DNA of 64,000 nucleotides from an uncultured Nitrososphaerota archaeon (GCA_963799845.1 CAWCYI010000004.1:2016001-2080000); one strand, 5' to 3'. Positions 50,031 to 61,941 are shown, numbered from the stretch's first letter. Numbers and translations: made by a program. Notes: generated by a model not told the origin, from the sequence alone.

Positions 50031-50112
50031 TGAGGCTGCTATCACGAGACGCAGAACGCGAGATAAATATCGTAGCACTGGTAGTCACACAGACCAAGAA
50101 GGAATGAAATCC

Positions 50113-51406
50113 ATGAAATCGAGTTTGTCTGCCATTGGGCGAACAGCGCTGGTGGCCGTTGTAGTCATATTAATCGTTCTAGCAGCAGGGGCAGGATATT
50201 TGGTGAGCAGTTCGCGGACTGTCACTTCAACCGTAACTGCGACCCTACCGCCTGTTACGTCCATCTCAACCTCGGTAATAACAACCGAGATAACGACGGT
50301 TGTTTCTCCCCTGATTACAACCACGACGACGACTCAGCCAATGAATCAATTTCCATCCTATTCCATGACCGAGACAAACGACTCAACTGTCAACTCGACG
50401 CTCGGACTTTCACTTCAGACTCTACACACCCTCGTCGTGTGATTCTCTTGCATGTCTTGGTCGTCTCGACATCATAGCTTTGGTCGTCAACGTTCGCAAC
50501 GTCTCAAACAACGTAACCGATGAAAGTGATTGGCAGTATCCACCGAGCTCACTAAATCCCTACAGCCCTTGTGGTGCAGGACAAGTCGGTTTCGGGATAT
50601 TCCAAGGATACTATGACGAGAATAATTTCAGCAAAGCAATCTCTCTCACTCTTTACAACCAGAGCATTATGTACTCTTGCACAACAATGACTATCGTAAA
50701 TTCAACAGAGGTCTTTTCATTCGAGCCACAAAGCGACCTAGTCCAAGTAACCAATTCTAGCGGGGCGCCATTTTTCAACTCAAGCATTTCCGTTTCCGAA
50801 CTCATCGGCGGCTATTGGGTGGGGCAAATTGGAAGTAATGCGTACCAAACATTTCCTTCAGGAACTTACACGATTATCGCAGCTGACGAGTGGGGACAGG
50901 TGGACTTTCTGCACTTTTCTGTAGTGGCCGCCGCATCAACTACGAGCTCGATATTTACTACGACGTGTTCGGCAGGTTACGTCAACGGAACTTGCGGACC
51001 GATAACTACGACCACCACAACTTTGTTCGATGGTGCTTCCTACTGTTTAGGTTCTAACGAATGCAGCACTCTGTATCCTCCAGTGGTCGCAAATCCCAAC
51101 ATCGAAAATTCGTCTGGCGGTAATCTTACGTTCAGATTTTCATCAAGTAATGTAAAGCTACAAGTTGTTCAAACGCAGGGCTGTGTAAGTTCCATCCCCT
51201 CTTGTACGCACAACAATCTCGCCGTTCTACTTCAAACTACTCCTCAATGCTCGGGATCTGGGAATACAACGTTATGCACATTTGTGACTGATGGGATCTC
51301 CTTACCATCGGTCTCAGCAACTGGCAATTATGTAGAAATTAATCTAAATTATGGGCTCTCGGCTAACCAGACCTTGGGTTCGGAAACTTACTACTTCAGC
51401 TGTTAA
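50113..51406 (+). CDS. Surface protein with DEWG module, frameshifted near 50420-50480
   Basis: MKSSLSAIGR leader in ORF 49999-50442; GTYTIIAADEWGQ..LHF in 50480-51406. Confidence 0.7.
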
Positions 51407-51475
51407 GTGATTCACAACGGAGATAGTCGGGAAGAGCAACTCCACATCTTGAAACACCTTATTCTCAAAGTCACA

Positions 51476-52258
51476 ATGTCAAAATCATCTGCGATCGGAC
51501 GGAATGTATCAGCTGTGATAATAATCGTTGTAACAGTAATTGTTTTGGGTGGTGTCATTGTTTTCGCAAAGAATGGAATCTCGACCAATCCAGACAATGT
51601 GGAATCAGAAACCGTCTGCGTCTATCAATCAACGACGTCTACCATGACATACCACGTCGGAACTATGCCCCTTTGTCCTACGACCTCGACTAGCGCTCCC
51701 AATACGGGTCTCCAACTTGTTATTTCGTTTAATTCAACCGAGATAAGACCAGATAATTCTGTGAACTTGACTGTCTCTGCTCGCAACATTCTTTCCACCC
51801 CAAATAACAAGTCGTCAGCATCTGACTGGGCGCTCCAAACTCTTGGTCAGGGCTTTGGGCCATGCACACCCTTGAACAATTCGCCATTCAGGATTGCAGC
51901 CTTTATGGGATATTACACAATGTCGAACATTTCACAGGCGAGCCCGCTTACTGTGGCCAATCCGATTGGAGGTTACTCGTGCACCGCGATTTCGCAATTC
52001 ATCTACGTAGTTTTTCAGCCCGATAGCAATAATGTAGATGTCTACGGATGCATGGGAAGCAGCTGTCAAACCACGGGCCTTTTTCCGTTCTTTGAGTCCT
52101 ACTTCCAAGTTGCTGGATACTACACTAGCAGCTCATCCGAAATCGGGACAACGACCGAGTCGTATTCATACCATCCTTTGGAAGTCGGGGACTACACGGT
52201 GGCTGTTGGCGACGAGTGGGGCGACCTAACCCTGTTGCATTTCACAGTGACCAATTAG
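51476..52258 (+). CDS. Surface protein with DEWG module
   Basis: MSKSSAIGR leader; GDYTVAVGDEWGDLTLLHFTV. Confidence 0.8.
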   Translation: MSKSSAIGRNVSAVIIIVVTVIVLGGVIVFAKNGISTNPDNVESETVCVYQSTTSTMTYHVGTMPLCPTTSTSAPNTGLQLVISFNSTEIRPDNSVNLTVSARNILSTPNNKSSASDWALQTLGQGFGPCTPLNNSPFRIAAFMGYYTMSNISQASPLTVANPIGGYSCTAISQFIYVVFQPDSNNVDVYGCMGSSCQTTGLFPFFESYFQVAGYYTSSSSEIGTTTESYSYHPLEVGDYTVAVGDEWGDLTLLHFTVTN

Positions 52259-52259
52259 G

Positions 52260-53408
52260 ATGCAGACGAGACAGGCGGTTGCGCTCGTTGTTATAGTTGC
52301 AATCGGTGCTCTCGCTTTAGGAACGATGATGGGGAATAGTATATCCATTGGGAAGACAACAACATCTACAGTAACTCAGACACAAATCATTACGACCTAT
52401 GCTAATTTGTCCAACTCTACACAAACCGAAACGACGAACACCACATTTGGGCTGGAGTTGCTACTTACTTTGAATTCAACGATCATTCAAGATGGAGGCG
52501 CTATTAACGTTACAGTTACGATCTCCAATACTTTACCCCACGCAAACAATGTGTCAGGCGAAAATAAGTGGGCGATCCCTAGTCTGACTAGTTCCGCATC
52601 TTTTCCCTGTCAGAACTACGTTTACTACCAAGTCTTTCAAGGGATCTACTCCGAGTCGAACATTTCTTCAGCTGCGAATCCACTCCAAGTTTCTCCAGTT
52701 TATCAAAGCCTATCTTGCATCATCTTGCAACGACCCTACTATGTTTTCCAACCGCTGAGTGATCAAGCCTCTATTCCTGTTGGTCAGTACACTTCGAATT
52801 CAAGTACGTTTTATCAAACAACTTTCATGAGAATCTCCGAGCCTCTTATAGGAAACTACAGCTCGGTCTACAACGCTTCAGTTTTTACTCAGGCGGGAAC
52901 TTTGCCACCGCCCCCTTTTCATCCTGGAAACTACACCATAATCGCGGGTGACGAGTGGGGACAGCTCGTTCTGCTGCATTTCACCGTGACAAACAATTCT
53001 GTACAAGTATCCAGTTCGAATACCATTAGTGCGAACACATTCTTCTCGACTAGTTGTTCGATTTCTGGAGTCGGCGGCTTTGAATTTCGTCTAGTCTCCG
53101 ATTCAACGGGGCAACCCATTAACGCAAGTAGCATTAGTGCAGTTGACAAGCTTGGTTGCAATCAGGAGAATCAGGCCGTTTACCTGAATCAGTTTTCCTA
53201 CCTTGGAGACGGTTGGTTTGTTCCAATGTTTCCAAGTCAAGCCACTGTGGGAGGTGGTCTCAATGTCACAGTTACTTACCAAGGGGAGACGTACAATTTC
53301 GCAGGGTACTATCCCCCTGTTGGAACAGATTGTGTAACGTTACATGTTCCTTCGGGTAACGTAACCTCGTCAACAGCAATGAACGGAAGTGGTTCGTATT
53401 GTTCGTAG
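52260..53408 (+). CDS. Surface protein: QVVA-type leader, DEWG module and module C
   Basis: MQTRQAVAL; GNYTIIAGDEWGQLVLLHFTV; C-terminal ...VPSGNVT. Confidence 0.85.
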   Translation: MQTRQAVALVVIVAIGALALGTMMGNSISIGKTTTSTVTQTQIITTYANLSNSTQTETTNTTFGLELLLTLNSTIIQDGGAINVTVTISNTLPHANNVSGENKWAIPSLTSSASFPCQNYVYYQVFQGIYSESNISSAANPLQVSPVYQSLSCIILQRPYYVFQPLSDQASIPVGQYTSNSSTFYQTTFMRISEPLIGNYSSVYNASVFTQAGTLPPPPFHPGNYTIIAGDEWGQLVLLHFTVTNNSVQVSSSNTISANTFFSTSCSISGVGGFEFRLVSDSTGQPINASSISAVDKLGCNQENQAVYLNQFSYLGDGWFVPMFPSQATVGGGLNVTVTYQGETYNFAGYYPPVGTDCVTLHVPSGNVTSSTAMNGSGSYCS

Positions 53409-53417
53409 TGAAATTAA

Positions 53418-53675
53418 TTGAATGCGACTAAGAGAGTTGTGACAGTAAGCATAGCAACGGTTGCACTACTGGTCGTAGCCTTATTGATTGTTTACTATTC
53501 GGACATTAATTATTCGAAACTAACTGAGGATGCATACGTCAATCTTTCCAATTGGTTGATTCTCACATTCGGGCTTTTCATCGTCTTTCTAGTGTTGGAC
53601 ATCGCTCTAATAATAGGGATGCTTATGGAACGAAAATGGCCGAAGGAATCATTTGTGGAGCCAGAGGAAGGTTAA
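53418..53675 (+). CDS. Small two-TM protein
   Basis: Two hydrophobic helices. Confidence 0.6.
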   Translation: MNATKRVVTVSIATVALLVVALLIVYYSDINYSKLTEDAYVNLSNWLILTFGLFIVFLVLDIALIIGMLMERKWPKESFVEPEEG

Positions 53676-53748
53676 GGTTGAAGCACCCTTACTATATTCA
53701 GACGTTGTTGGGATTACGAATTCGAGCTCCTCCCTGAGATGAGTTAAG

Positions 53749-54645
53749 ATGCAAACAAGACAGGTCATTGCACTAATAATCGTGGCTGCGATTATTGCTC
53801 TCGCTTTCGGCACGACGTTAGGATACAGTGTTTCTTCAGGAAGGACTTCGACGATAACGAAAACAGGAGCGACCTCGACTATGACTCAGATCGAAGCAAC
53901 CACCGTTACCACGAGTTTCTTTCTTGGAACTTCAATAACAAGTAATTCGTCTTCCAAGAATTTTCTTTTCAATGAAACCTTTGATGTCTATGTAAATTAT
54001 AGTGGTGCATGGGGGCTGTCGTATCAAACACATCTGGGCTTCCCTACACCATCAGACACTCTAGTTGAATCAGGTAATTTCTTCGGGCATAGTCCAGCGA
54101 ATGAGTCAGTCACTGTAACCGAGAACTATACGCTGTTTGATATCGGTTACTTGACTTGCTTCCAAGCTCAGAAACTCGACAACTCAAGTTCACTCTTGAC
54201 CTTGGGATTCACTTCTTCCAACTCTGAAAATAAAACGTCTCTTGCCTTTGGCACCGCAAGTCTCTGTGTAGGAGTGTTCACGGATGGAACAATAACCACC
54301 TCCACCATCTCAAGCGGATTGAATAAGATTGTCTTCCAAGAATCAGGTGCTTGTGATCCTCCTGCATATGTTGCTCCATGGTCTGTAACGCTTGGGGAAC
54401 AGACCTTGGCTCAACCGCCTAACGCAACACTGCCCATTCCAAACGACTCTTTTTCCGCAGCGCCGAATAACAGCATATACTCACAGATGGTTTTCTACGT
54501 TCCTAATGGCACTTATCACTACTCCATCAGTCCAAGTTCAATGTTGGCTGGTTTCCCATCGGCTGGAACCATTTCGATTAATTCTTCCGAAGTAATAAGC
54601 ATCGGCGCACCCCCGATCAGTTGCACGGTTAGTACCAGTACGTAG
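53749..54645 (+). CDS. Surface protein: QVVA leader, NY.G.W module and APWSVTLG module
   Basis: MQTRQVIAL; VNYSGAW; YVAPWSVTLG...VPNGTY. Confidence 0.85.
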   Translation: MQTRQVIALIIVAAIIALAFGTTLGYSVSSGRTSTITKTGATSTMTQIEATTVTTSFFLGTSITSNSSSKNFLFNETFDVYVNYSGAWGLSYQTHLGFPTPSDTLVESGNFFGHSPANESVTVTENYTLFDIGYLTCFQAQKLDNSSSLLTLGFTSSNSENKTSLAFGTASLCVGVFTDGTITTSTISSGLNKIVFQESGACDPPAYVAPWSVTLGEQTLAQPPNATLPIPNDSFSAAPNNSIYSQMVFYVPNGTYHYSISPSSMLAGFPSAGTISINSSEVISIGAPPISCTVSTST

Positions 54646-54672
54646 ACACAAATTGCTTGAGCGGAGAGTTAG

Positions 54673-55671
54673 ATGCAAACAAGACAAGTCGTTGCAATCG
54701 TAGTAGTGATTGCAGTTCTTGCTCTAGCTCTCGGAGTCGCCATAGGATATGGCCTTTCTTCAATTAGGACAACAACGTACACTGCTACTGGTTCCAACTC
54801 GTATCAAGTCGAATTCATTCAACAAGCAGCCACATGCCCGCCCTCTATTCCTGAGTATGTCGCTCCATGGTCAGTAACTTTGGGGAATCAAAGCAAAACC
54901 GAACCGAGCAACGGAACTGGCTACGGTGCTGGCTGGGCCTCGTTTTTCGGTGTGTACTCGAAGATCTCATTTCTCGTACCAAACGGAGTTTACAACTACA
55001 ACGCGACTCCAGACGATAATGGCTACACTCCGTTCGAAGTTTCGTCACCTGCTAATCCTAATGGTGCTTATGACTCTGTAATAGGAACAGTTACCGTGAT
55101 CGGTTCAAACGTAACTGTAAATATTGGCCCAGCTGAAGTTTACTGCTCTGCTGCCCCAACCACTCAAACAACATCATACTCCACGAAGAACAATATTACT
55201 ACAGGGGAAACATTTCACATTCCCACAAATGGAACTCTGACCGCGTTTGCGAGATACTACTACTTCAATTCCACCGCTGCGAGCACTTTCGACTTTACGA
55301 ATGTCACCGAGATTCATCTCGAAGGATTCGATGGACACTCGACATTTGACGCTTCGTCCAACTTTACCGTGGAATCGAACGTAAGCTCGATCCGAATAGG
55401 GGGTCCTCAAAACCAAAGTGAGGGTGTCACGGTGAAGTACGTTATCGGTCTAAAGCCAGGACTGAACGGCACATACACTTTGAACTTTGGGCTATTGTAT
55501 CCATCGCTTTCTGCATGCGCCGTGGATTTCCATCTTGTCGTCGGTAATGGACTGCCTAACTATGATTGGACTGGAAGTTGTACTGCACCCCTCTCAAATG
55601 AGTATCCTGTCAACAGTCAGGGTTTCGTGCCAGGATATTTGTTTGCAGACGTCGCAAGCCTTTCTTCATAA
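54673..55671 (+). CDS. Surface protein: QVVA leader, APWSVTLG module and YYY module
   Basis: MQTRQVVAI; YVAPWSVTLG...VPNGVY; ARYYYFNS. Confidence 0.85.
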   Translation: MQTRQVVAIVVVIAVLALALGVAIGYGLSSIRTTTYTATGSNSYQVEFIQQAATCPPSIPEYVAPWSVTLGNQSKTEPSNGTGYGAGWASFFGVYSKISFLVPNGVYNYNATPDDNGYTPFEVSSPANPNGAYDSVIGTVTVIGSNVTVNIGPAEVYCSAAPTTQTTSYSTKNNITTGETFHIPTNGTLTAFARYYYFNSTAASTFDFTNVTEIHLEGFDGHSTFDASSNFTVESNVSSIRIGGPQNQSEGVTVKYVIGLKPGLNGTYTLNFGLLYPSLSACAVDFHLVVGNGLPNYDWTGSCTAPLSNEYPVNSQGFVPGYLFADVASLSS

Positions 55672-55729
55672 ATTATTGGGAAACGCTCAATCGATTGATA
55701 ACGAAAAACACAAGAGAAATGGAAAGGGA

Positions 55730-56485
55730 ATGAAATCAGGAGAAATTGTTGCTTTCATAATCATAGTTGGAGTGATAGCGCTTGCTCTCGGCACCACGAT
55801 CGGATACAGTCTCTCTTCTGGAAGGACTTTCACTGTAACACAGAGCGGAAAGACTTCAACGATGACAACCACAAATGGCACCTTATTTCCACAGTCCACT
55901 ACCTACACTACAGTTAGTCAAACCACACTATCATTTGGAGGTTCTACTTACGCAACGACAACTGGAGAATATTCGGGTTGTATTCCGCCAGTTCAATGCT
56001 ACCTTACCACGGTTACTACTGTAAATTATCTAAGCACCTCTCCTCCAAATTCAACATCCACAACGTCTGAGAGTTCTCTGTCTTCTTCTAATTCAATATC
56101 AATATCGTCCGTGGGTTCCGAAACTTTCGTAACTTTCGAAACCACTATCGGCATCAATACTACTGTCGGAGGCGCAACCTTCGTCTATCCAATCTCCATC
56201 AATTATAACGGAGGTCCGTGGCTTCTTCATTACTGGGTTCAAAATTATTCTGGAACGCAAAACAGCATTAGTGGAAACCTGATTGGTTCTGTAAACTCCT
56301 CAATATGGATAACGTTCTATGTGTCGGGTTATGTCGAGTATACCCTCTGCGCGAGCGCAACAAAAATGCCTAATGATTCCCCACGACAGTTTGATCTTCC
56401 ATTGACACTGGCTGTATTCAATCAAAACGAGACCGCAATTGGCTCTAATTCAACGGTAGAAGTTTGCGGCACCATGGGAGTGTGA
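55730..56485 (+). CDS. Surface protein: leader and NY.G.W module
   Basis: Likely start MKSGEIVAF at 55730; YPISINYNG...TLCASAT...CGTMGV. Confidence 0.8.
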   Translation: MKSGEIVAFIIIVGVIALALGTTIGYSLSSGRTFTVTQSGKTSTMTTTNGTLFPQSTTYTTVSQTTLSFGGSTYATTTGEYSGCIPPVQCYLTTVTTVNYLSTSPPNSTSTTSESSLSSSNSISISSVGSETFVTFETTIGINTTVGGATFVYPISINYNGGPWLLHYWVQNYSGTQNSISGNLIGSVNSSIWITFYVSGYVEYTLCASATKMPNDSPRQFDLPLTLAVFNQNETAIGSNSTVEVCGTMGV

Positions 56486-56604
56486 TGTTACATTCCATTG
56501 TCCATGGAAAGAATCAATGGCGTGACGCATTCCTACCTGTCTTTGTATCCCAACTGTTCTAAAGACTAGAACCTTATAGGATGACTTCGAGTGAAAACAA
56601 GTAG

Positions 56605-57225
56605 ATGAAAAGTTCAACCATCCTGTCACTCGTCGGAATCGCGATTATCATGCTTGTTATTGGGTTGGCGGCAGGTTCAGTCCTATTTCCCCTAACGAAA
56701 ACAGAAACAACCACGCAGAAAATTACTAGCAACAATGTTGAGACGCAATCCATCACTATTCCGAGCACAATCATAGTAACTGCGAGTGTTACCCAAACTC
56801 AAATGGAATCATCCAGCAGCCTATTTCCGACTTCAGTTACTACATCTAGCAGTGTGGTATGCTCAGTCAGCGCTGCAGGAACTGGACTATATGTGACCGT
56901 GGAATCGGATGGTAGTCAACCTATATCAGGAATTCAAGTGTCGGGAACAGGAGTCATTGAGTTTTCAAATGGAGAAGGTTGTCAACAAGACAATGGCTCG
57001 CTTACCACGAACTCGACAGGAAGCGTCGTTTTCGGAGCAGACACGGGAAGTTACTATCTTCTTTCCATACTCTATCAAGGCGAGAACTACACTGCAACTG
57101 CCCCTGTCTACATTATGCAAAGCACGTATCTGACTCTCAGAGTTCCCTCGGGCAATATTAGCGTGACAGAAATCCCATTCGGTGGATGTATTAGAAATTC
57201 TACGGAAACTCAATGTCCAGGTTAG
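56605..57225 (+). CDS. Surface protein with module C
   Basis: VVCSVSAAGTGLYV...TNSTG...VPSGNIS; paralog of 677-1303. Confidence 0.8.
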   Translation: MKSSTILSLVGIAIIMLVIGLAAGSVLFPLTKTETTTQKITSNNVETQSITIPSTIIVTASVTQTQMESSSSLFPTSVTTSSSVVCSVSAAGTGLYVTVESDGSQPISGIQVSGTGVIEFSNGEGCQQDNGSLTTNSTGSVVFGADTGSYYLLSILYQGENYTATAPVYIMQSTYLTLRVPSGNISVTEIPFGGCIRNSTETQCPG

Positions 57226-57232
57226 GATACGA

Positions 57233-57433
57233 ATGAGACGCAGAACGATTCTTGCGGTAGTAATTGTGATTGGTCTCTTTATCTTCTTTCTACCGATCCT
57301 GCCCGCTAGAACGCCTGCTGGTTGTCTTGAGTGTAATGTTTCGTACTTGAGATCTCCGAGTTGCGTATTAGGTATTGGAATAGGGTTATGGGACAATCAA
57401 TTGACGGATTGTCGAGGTCCATCGATCCCGTGA
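57233..57433 (+). CDS. Small Cys-rich membrane-anchored peptide
   Basis: MRRRTILAVVIV...; four Cys. Confidence 0.5.
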   Translation: MRRRTILAVVIVIGLFIFFLPILPARTPAGCLECNVSYLRSPSCVLGIGIGLWDNQLTDCRGPSIP

Positions 57434-57470
57434 TTGGGTTCGTCTAGCAAGACAATGCGGTAAACAAGCT

Positions 57471-57989
57471 TTGTCAGAATCCAGATCGCGTAAAGTCAGA
57501 AGAAATGTGCTCATCGCCCTAATCATAATCTTGGTGCTCGCATTTTCCGTCACCTACTACGCGAAAATAGGCATGTCTCGAAGTACGACTACGTCTGAGA
57601 GTTCTCAGACTTCTACCCGTTTAACATCTACAACGTCTGTGGGTTCTCAAACTTCGTTCGGCACCATTTTCACCATTTGCTGTGATACTACCGATACTGC
57701 GCAGCTCTTCTACCCCATCACTATCAATTACAATGGCTCATGGAATCTTCAGTATTGGATCGAAGATTCTAGGCATAACATCGTTCTGGGAAATCTGAAT
57801 GGTTCAGGAAATTTTGGGACAACAATAACATTCTATATAGTAGGTTCTGCCGCAGAGACACTGTGTGCAAATGCAACAGAACTGAATCCGCAGAATAATC
57901 TTACATTGTCCTTGAGTGTATTGGGTCAAATCAACAGCACCACTGCTTCCAATCCAACGACGGAGGCTTGTGGTAGCATGGGCGTGTAA
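57471..57989 (+). CDS. Surface protein with NY.G.W module
   Basis: YPITINYNGSW...TLCANAT...CGSMGV; paralog of 55730. Confidence 0.8.
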   Translation: MSESRSRKVRRNVLIALIIILVLAFSVTYYAKIGMSRSTTTSESSQTSTRLTSTTSVGSQTSFGTIFTICCDTTDTAQLFYPITINYNGSWNLQYWIEDSRHNIVLGNLNGSGNFGTTITFYIVGSAAETLCANATELNPQNNLTLSLSVLGQINSTTASNPTTEACGSMGV

Positions 57990-58109
57990 GAAGTCATAAT
58001 TATTTGACGCATCTTGCAAAGTGCTAGGGACCGAAAGTGAAATACTCATTTGCCCTAATGGGTGTAATTATGTTAACAGTTGTCTTGTTGTTAAATCTGG
58101 ATAATTTCG

Positions 58110-58655
58110 TCATGCGGTCGAAGTATTCTTGGGCCTTGGAATTATGAATCTCAACGTGAGACTTCTGCGGCCAAGATTCTGATTCATAGCTTCTGAACGT
58201 CTCTTTGCCTCGTCATCGTTGACGTAACTATAGTCGAAGATTACTCGGCAACGATAATCTTTCCTTACATTTGATATGTATCTGATTGATGGGATGAATA
58301 TCGCGGTTTTACCAGGTGTTTTGTCTTGAGCGGTCAAACCAAGCTGCCCGTTTAGCTTGTTACATTCCTCTTCAGCATTTTCTAAACTGTACCTGCCGAG
58401 CGCTTCTATCTGAGCGCAATAATGAAAGTCCTCAGAATCTTTGCTGAGAAAAATATCCTCCATACTTTTATCCGAACCAACCATGACAAAGTTTCCACCT
58501 TTGCTAAAGTCGAACGCGTTTGCGTCAGTGACACCGTGTTTCGATTTCATATGCTCTTTCAGGTCTGACCAAGATCGATTCATACTCATTCCTACAAACG
58601 TGTACGTGTAGCATGTATTGTAAAGACAAAAGTGGCACGTGTAGTATGAAATCAA
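58110..58655 (-). CDS. C2H2-type Zn-finger protein
   Basis: CHFC...LKEHMKSKH. Confidence 0.6.
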   Translation of the reverse strand: MISYYTCHFCLYNTCYTYTFVGMSMNRSWSDLKEHMKSKHGVTDANAFDFSKGGNFVMVGSDKSMEDIFLSKDSEDFHYCAQIEALGRYSLENAEEECNKLNGQLGLTAQDKTPGKTAIFIPSIRYISNVRKDYRCRVIFDYSYVNDDEAKRRSEAMNQNLGRRSLTLRFIIPRPKNTSTA

Positions 58656-58751
58656 ATTTCAATCTAGATTTTGAGTAGATCATGGAATTTAAGCATTTGA
58701 AGATCCGTTCCATTCATTTTCACTTCAGGCTTTTTGATCTTGATTAGAAAT

Positions 58752-59033
58752 TCATAACCGAATCATAATATCTTCAAACTGTAATATGAAAAATGGGATC
58801 AAGTCCGTCATGATTGACTGGAACGGATGGATTAACGGTAATGACCAAAAAAATTCAGATGAGAGATTTCTCAGGTAATATATCCAGTGCAAAGGAGAAT
58901 CGCTCGTTACCTTTTGTACTTGAGGGCTACTTATCGCGAAACTCAGAAAATATCTGAATAAGCCTGCCGCGATAATTAGCAAAACCACAACTACACTGAC
59001 AGCTTTAGTGATTCCAGACCTAGTTGACTTCAA
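58752..59033 (-). pseudogene. Remnant of a class III-signal surface protein
   Basis: RSGITKAV plus TM, then degenerate sequence. Confidence 0.4.
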
Positions 59034-59302
59034 GCTTGGAACTGATCGGGTGCTATTGCGTATTTTAGACTAATCAGTAGTTTGCCTTCGCTTGACAGTT
59101 GTAAGGTCCGAGACGCTCCCATTTCTCTACAGATGATGTGTAGAGAAATGAGGGGGAGTCGGAGGAATAACAATAATGACACGGCTACTGAGCTCATAAT
59201 GACAGTCAAGATGAAAGCGTCATTCGTAAAAAGGATCCGAAATGAATAGCGAAGATCTCGATTACTAGTTTTCTTGTGCAATCCCATCACGACTTTGTAA
59301 AG

Positions 59303-59956
59303 CTAAGATTCGCTACTATTCGTTGAGGCCCAAACTATTTGATTTGCAAGAGTACCAATAGCTTCGGAATTACTGATGTAGAGACAGGGAAATCCTGCAG
59401 GAACAGCAGTGGCATTTCCCACTGCAAGTTCCATCACGTCTTGGCACTGAATCATTTCGGGATAAGAGAACCCTTGCGGCTGAATAAAATAAAGATGAGA
59501 CTTGGCTTCACTGGTTGGTGTTATCGTGAAGAAAACGTAATCTCCTAGCGGGGATATGATGCCCACATTTGGACTTAAACCAAGCAGAGTCGTAAGAGTT
59601 GAAACATACGTTTCAGTAGCCGTGATTGCAAAGTCGGAAGTTGCAAGTACGAGATGAGTAGCATTAGTTCCTGGAACGTTGTGGTACGTTAAGATTGTTA
59701 TAGCGTCTTTGGGAACGAAGACGGATAATTTTGGCGAGTCATAATAGAAAAATTTGGCACAGATATTGAGGGTCTCTCCTTGGTTAAGTTGGACTGATGT
59801 GACATTGCTAATCGCCCCAGAACTCGACGAACACTTACCAGCAGCGTAATTTGCAGAGCTCGCAAGAATTGATGTTGTGAGAATTGATGTTGCCGACAAA
59901 ACTATGATTGTGGAAAGGAATGCTACTCCAGATTTTGTTCTTAGTTGAGATTGCAA
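59303..59956 (-). CDS. Secreted protein with YYY module
   Basis: KSGVAF signal; CAKFFYYDS region resembles the C-terminus of 54673. Confidence 0.7.
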   Translation of the reverse strand: MQSQLRTKSGVAFLSTIIVLSATSILTTSILASSANYAAGKCSSSSGAISNVTSVQLNQGETLNICAKFFYYDSPKLSVFVPKDAITILTYHNVPGTNATHLVLATSDFAITATETYVSTLTTLLGLSPNVGIISPLGDYVFFTITPTSEAKSHLYFIQPQGFSYPEMIQCQDVMELAVGNATAVPAGFPCLYISNSEAIGTLANQIVWASTNSSES

Positions 59957-59988
59957 TAGAAACTTGACCCAAACTTGGATGTTGGAAA

Positions 59989-60627
59989 ATGAGACTAATA
60001 GTTATGTCAGAACGATCGGGTAAAAGTATATACCAGTTTAACGGAGTATCCTGGGAAAATAGACTAAAAGCGGACGACATTTTGCTTCAAAGAAGAGTAC
60101 TCAAAATCATAGCTCTGACTCTTCTAATCGTCGCATCTATCGTGACTGCACTCTTGTTACTAACTTTGTCTTACCACTCACAAGGTTTGAGCTCTTACGG
60201 TAGTCCACCACAGAATTCTACTATTGCTAAGATTGCATTTGACTATCGATACGACCTCTGCATTTCCACGGTTGTCGTTTGGTTATTAGTTGCGGCGTTC
60301 GGCTCGTGGGTCTGGAAGGGGAGAACTAGGATTGCTTGGAAAGAAACTGGTTTTGACAAGGATGTCTTTGATCTTTTAATGAAGATGAAAGGCGGGAATA
60401 GCCGATTGAAGGTCATGCATGCCCTAGTTTCTAAGTCCAAAGATAGATTGCAGCTTTCAAACGAACTCCAAATGGATTGGAAGACAATAGACCGTCACAT
60501 CAAGATCCACAATGAATATGGTCTAGTCAAAGAACAGACGAGCTATGGAAATAATGTGAAATTCTACATGCTGACTGAAAAGGGGAGCAGTATTTCCGAG
60601 CTCGTAGAAAAATTATCAGAGAACTAA
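59989..60627 (+). CDS. Membrane-anchored ArsR-like wHTH transcriptional regulator
   Basis: Two TMs, then MKGGNSRLKVM...QLSNELQMDWKTIDRHIK...YGLV...Y.LTEKG. Confidence 0.85.
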   Translation: MRLIVMSERSGKSIYQFNGVSWENRLKADDILLQRRVLKIIALTLLIVASIVTALLLLTLSYHSQGLSSYGSPPQNSTIAKIAFDYRYDLCISTVVVWLLVAAFGSWVWKGRTRIAWKETGFDKDVFDLLMKMKGGNSRLKVMHALVSKSKDRLQLSNELQMDWKTIDRHIKIHNEYGLVKEQTSYGNNVKFYMLTEKGSSISELVEKLSEN

Positions 60628-60881
60628 CTAACAACCCAGTCTAGGAAGAGTAGGAGATTGCGAACAGCAGGCTACCAAGATTTCTTGAAATCCTGTTCTT
60701 CTGCAAGTAATCTCTACCCCAAACTTTGGGTCGGCTCTATGTCTGAGGCGGCCAACCATTTACTTTTGGCATAAACGGTGTTCTATGAACTAGAGCCTTA
60801 TAGGACTCATCCGCGAGAAAATGAAGGTAGATGAATGGAGTCTAAGTTTGTTTCCAGTGCGACTGTCGGAGCATAATTCAA

Positions 60882-61941
60882 ATGAGAATCAGATCAGCTA
60901 TCAGTCGAATCGCATCCTTACCAATAGTAGTAGTGGTGATTATTCTTGTATCCACTGGGGTTTTTGGAATTTATCTTAGCCAAATTGTTCCAGAGAGTAA
61001 TACTGGCAGTACCTCATATTCAGTGACCGTTCTAACGACCGAGCTCCCTAGTCCTTCGATTTCTCAAACTGTAAACACTTTACTGACCACAAGTAGTAGC
61101 ACGTGTTATTCTTTGGCTTTGCCTAGGAATGAGACTGTCACTACGAAAACCAATTCAATGCAGACAATGATATTCAATGTAACAGATTATTTCGACGCTG
61201 GAAATTGGGTTAGCTTTCTTGGTAGCCCCATACATTTTTCTTCGTATACTTTCGTAGCATACTCTCCGAATTCAACAACCGTGGGAGGGACAGACTATTT
61301 TTCAGACAGAGCCGCAGTTCTTCGTTAACGTTTCGGAAAGCGGAAGCTCAAGCGCGGTAAGCAATATTCAAACGGGAGCCTGGACAGGATTTCCTACTCT
61401 AGTCGGAATCGGAAGCCAATGGCCGCCAGTTCTGTCGCCCTCCAACGCACAAATTCTCTTCGACGGTAATGTGACCATGCAATTTCTATTTCCTTGCAAC
61501 ACTCGAAGCGTAATGTTCGAGATAGATGTGGCCACAAACAAGAGTCAAACTGTAACGACAACCACGACTCTGAATTCCCACACGACATCTCCTTCCGTCA
61601 TTTGCACCTTCCCTGGGCAGTCTATGGGTCTCGACATGAGTATACTTTCCGATTCTTCATCAACTCCTGTTGTTGGGGCGAATGTTACTGCTATCTACGA
61701 GTTCAATGGAAGTTGTAGCGGCGGATTTCAGCAGAGACAGACGACTCGAACTTTTACAACAAACGATACTGAATGGTACTACCTGGATGGCCTCAATGAT
61801 GGGAATTACACATTTTCGATCAATTATTCCGATCACAATTACAATTTCACCGCCGAACTCAGGCCTTCAGTTTATACATGTGCAATATTGTTTCTTCCCT
61901 CTGGAAAGACAAACGTCACTTTTACTCCAGTATCATGCTGA
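60882..61941 (+). CDS. Surface protein with class III-like signal and module C, frameshifted near 61300
   Basis: RSAISR leader in 60882-61328; continuation 61471-61941 ends LPSGKTN. Confidence 0.65.
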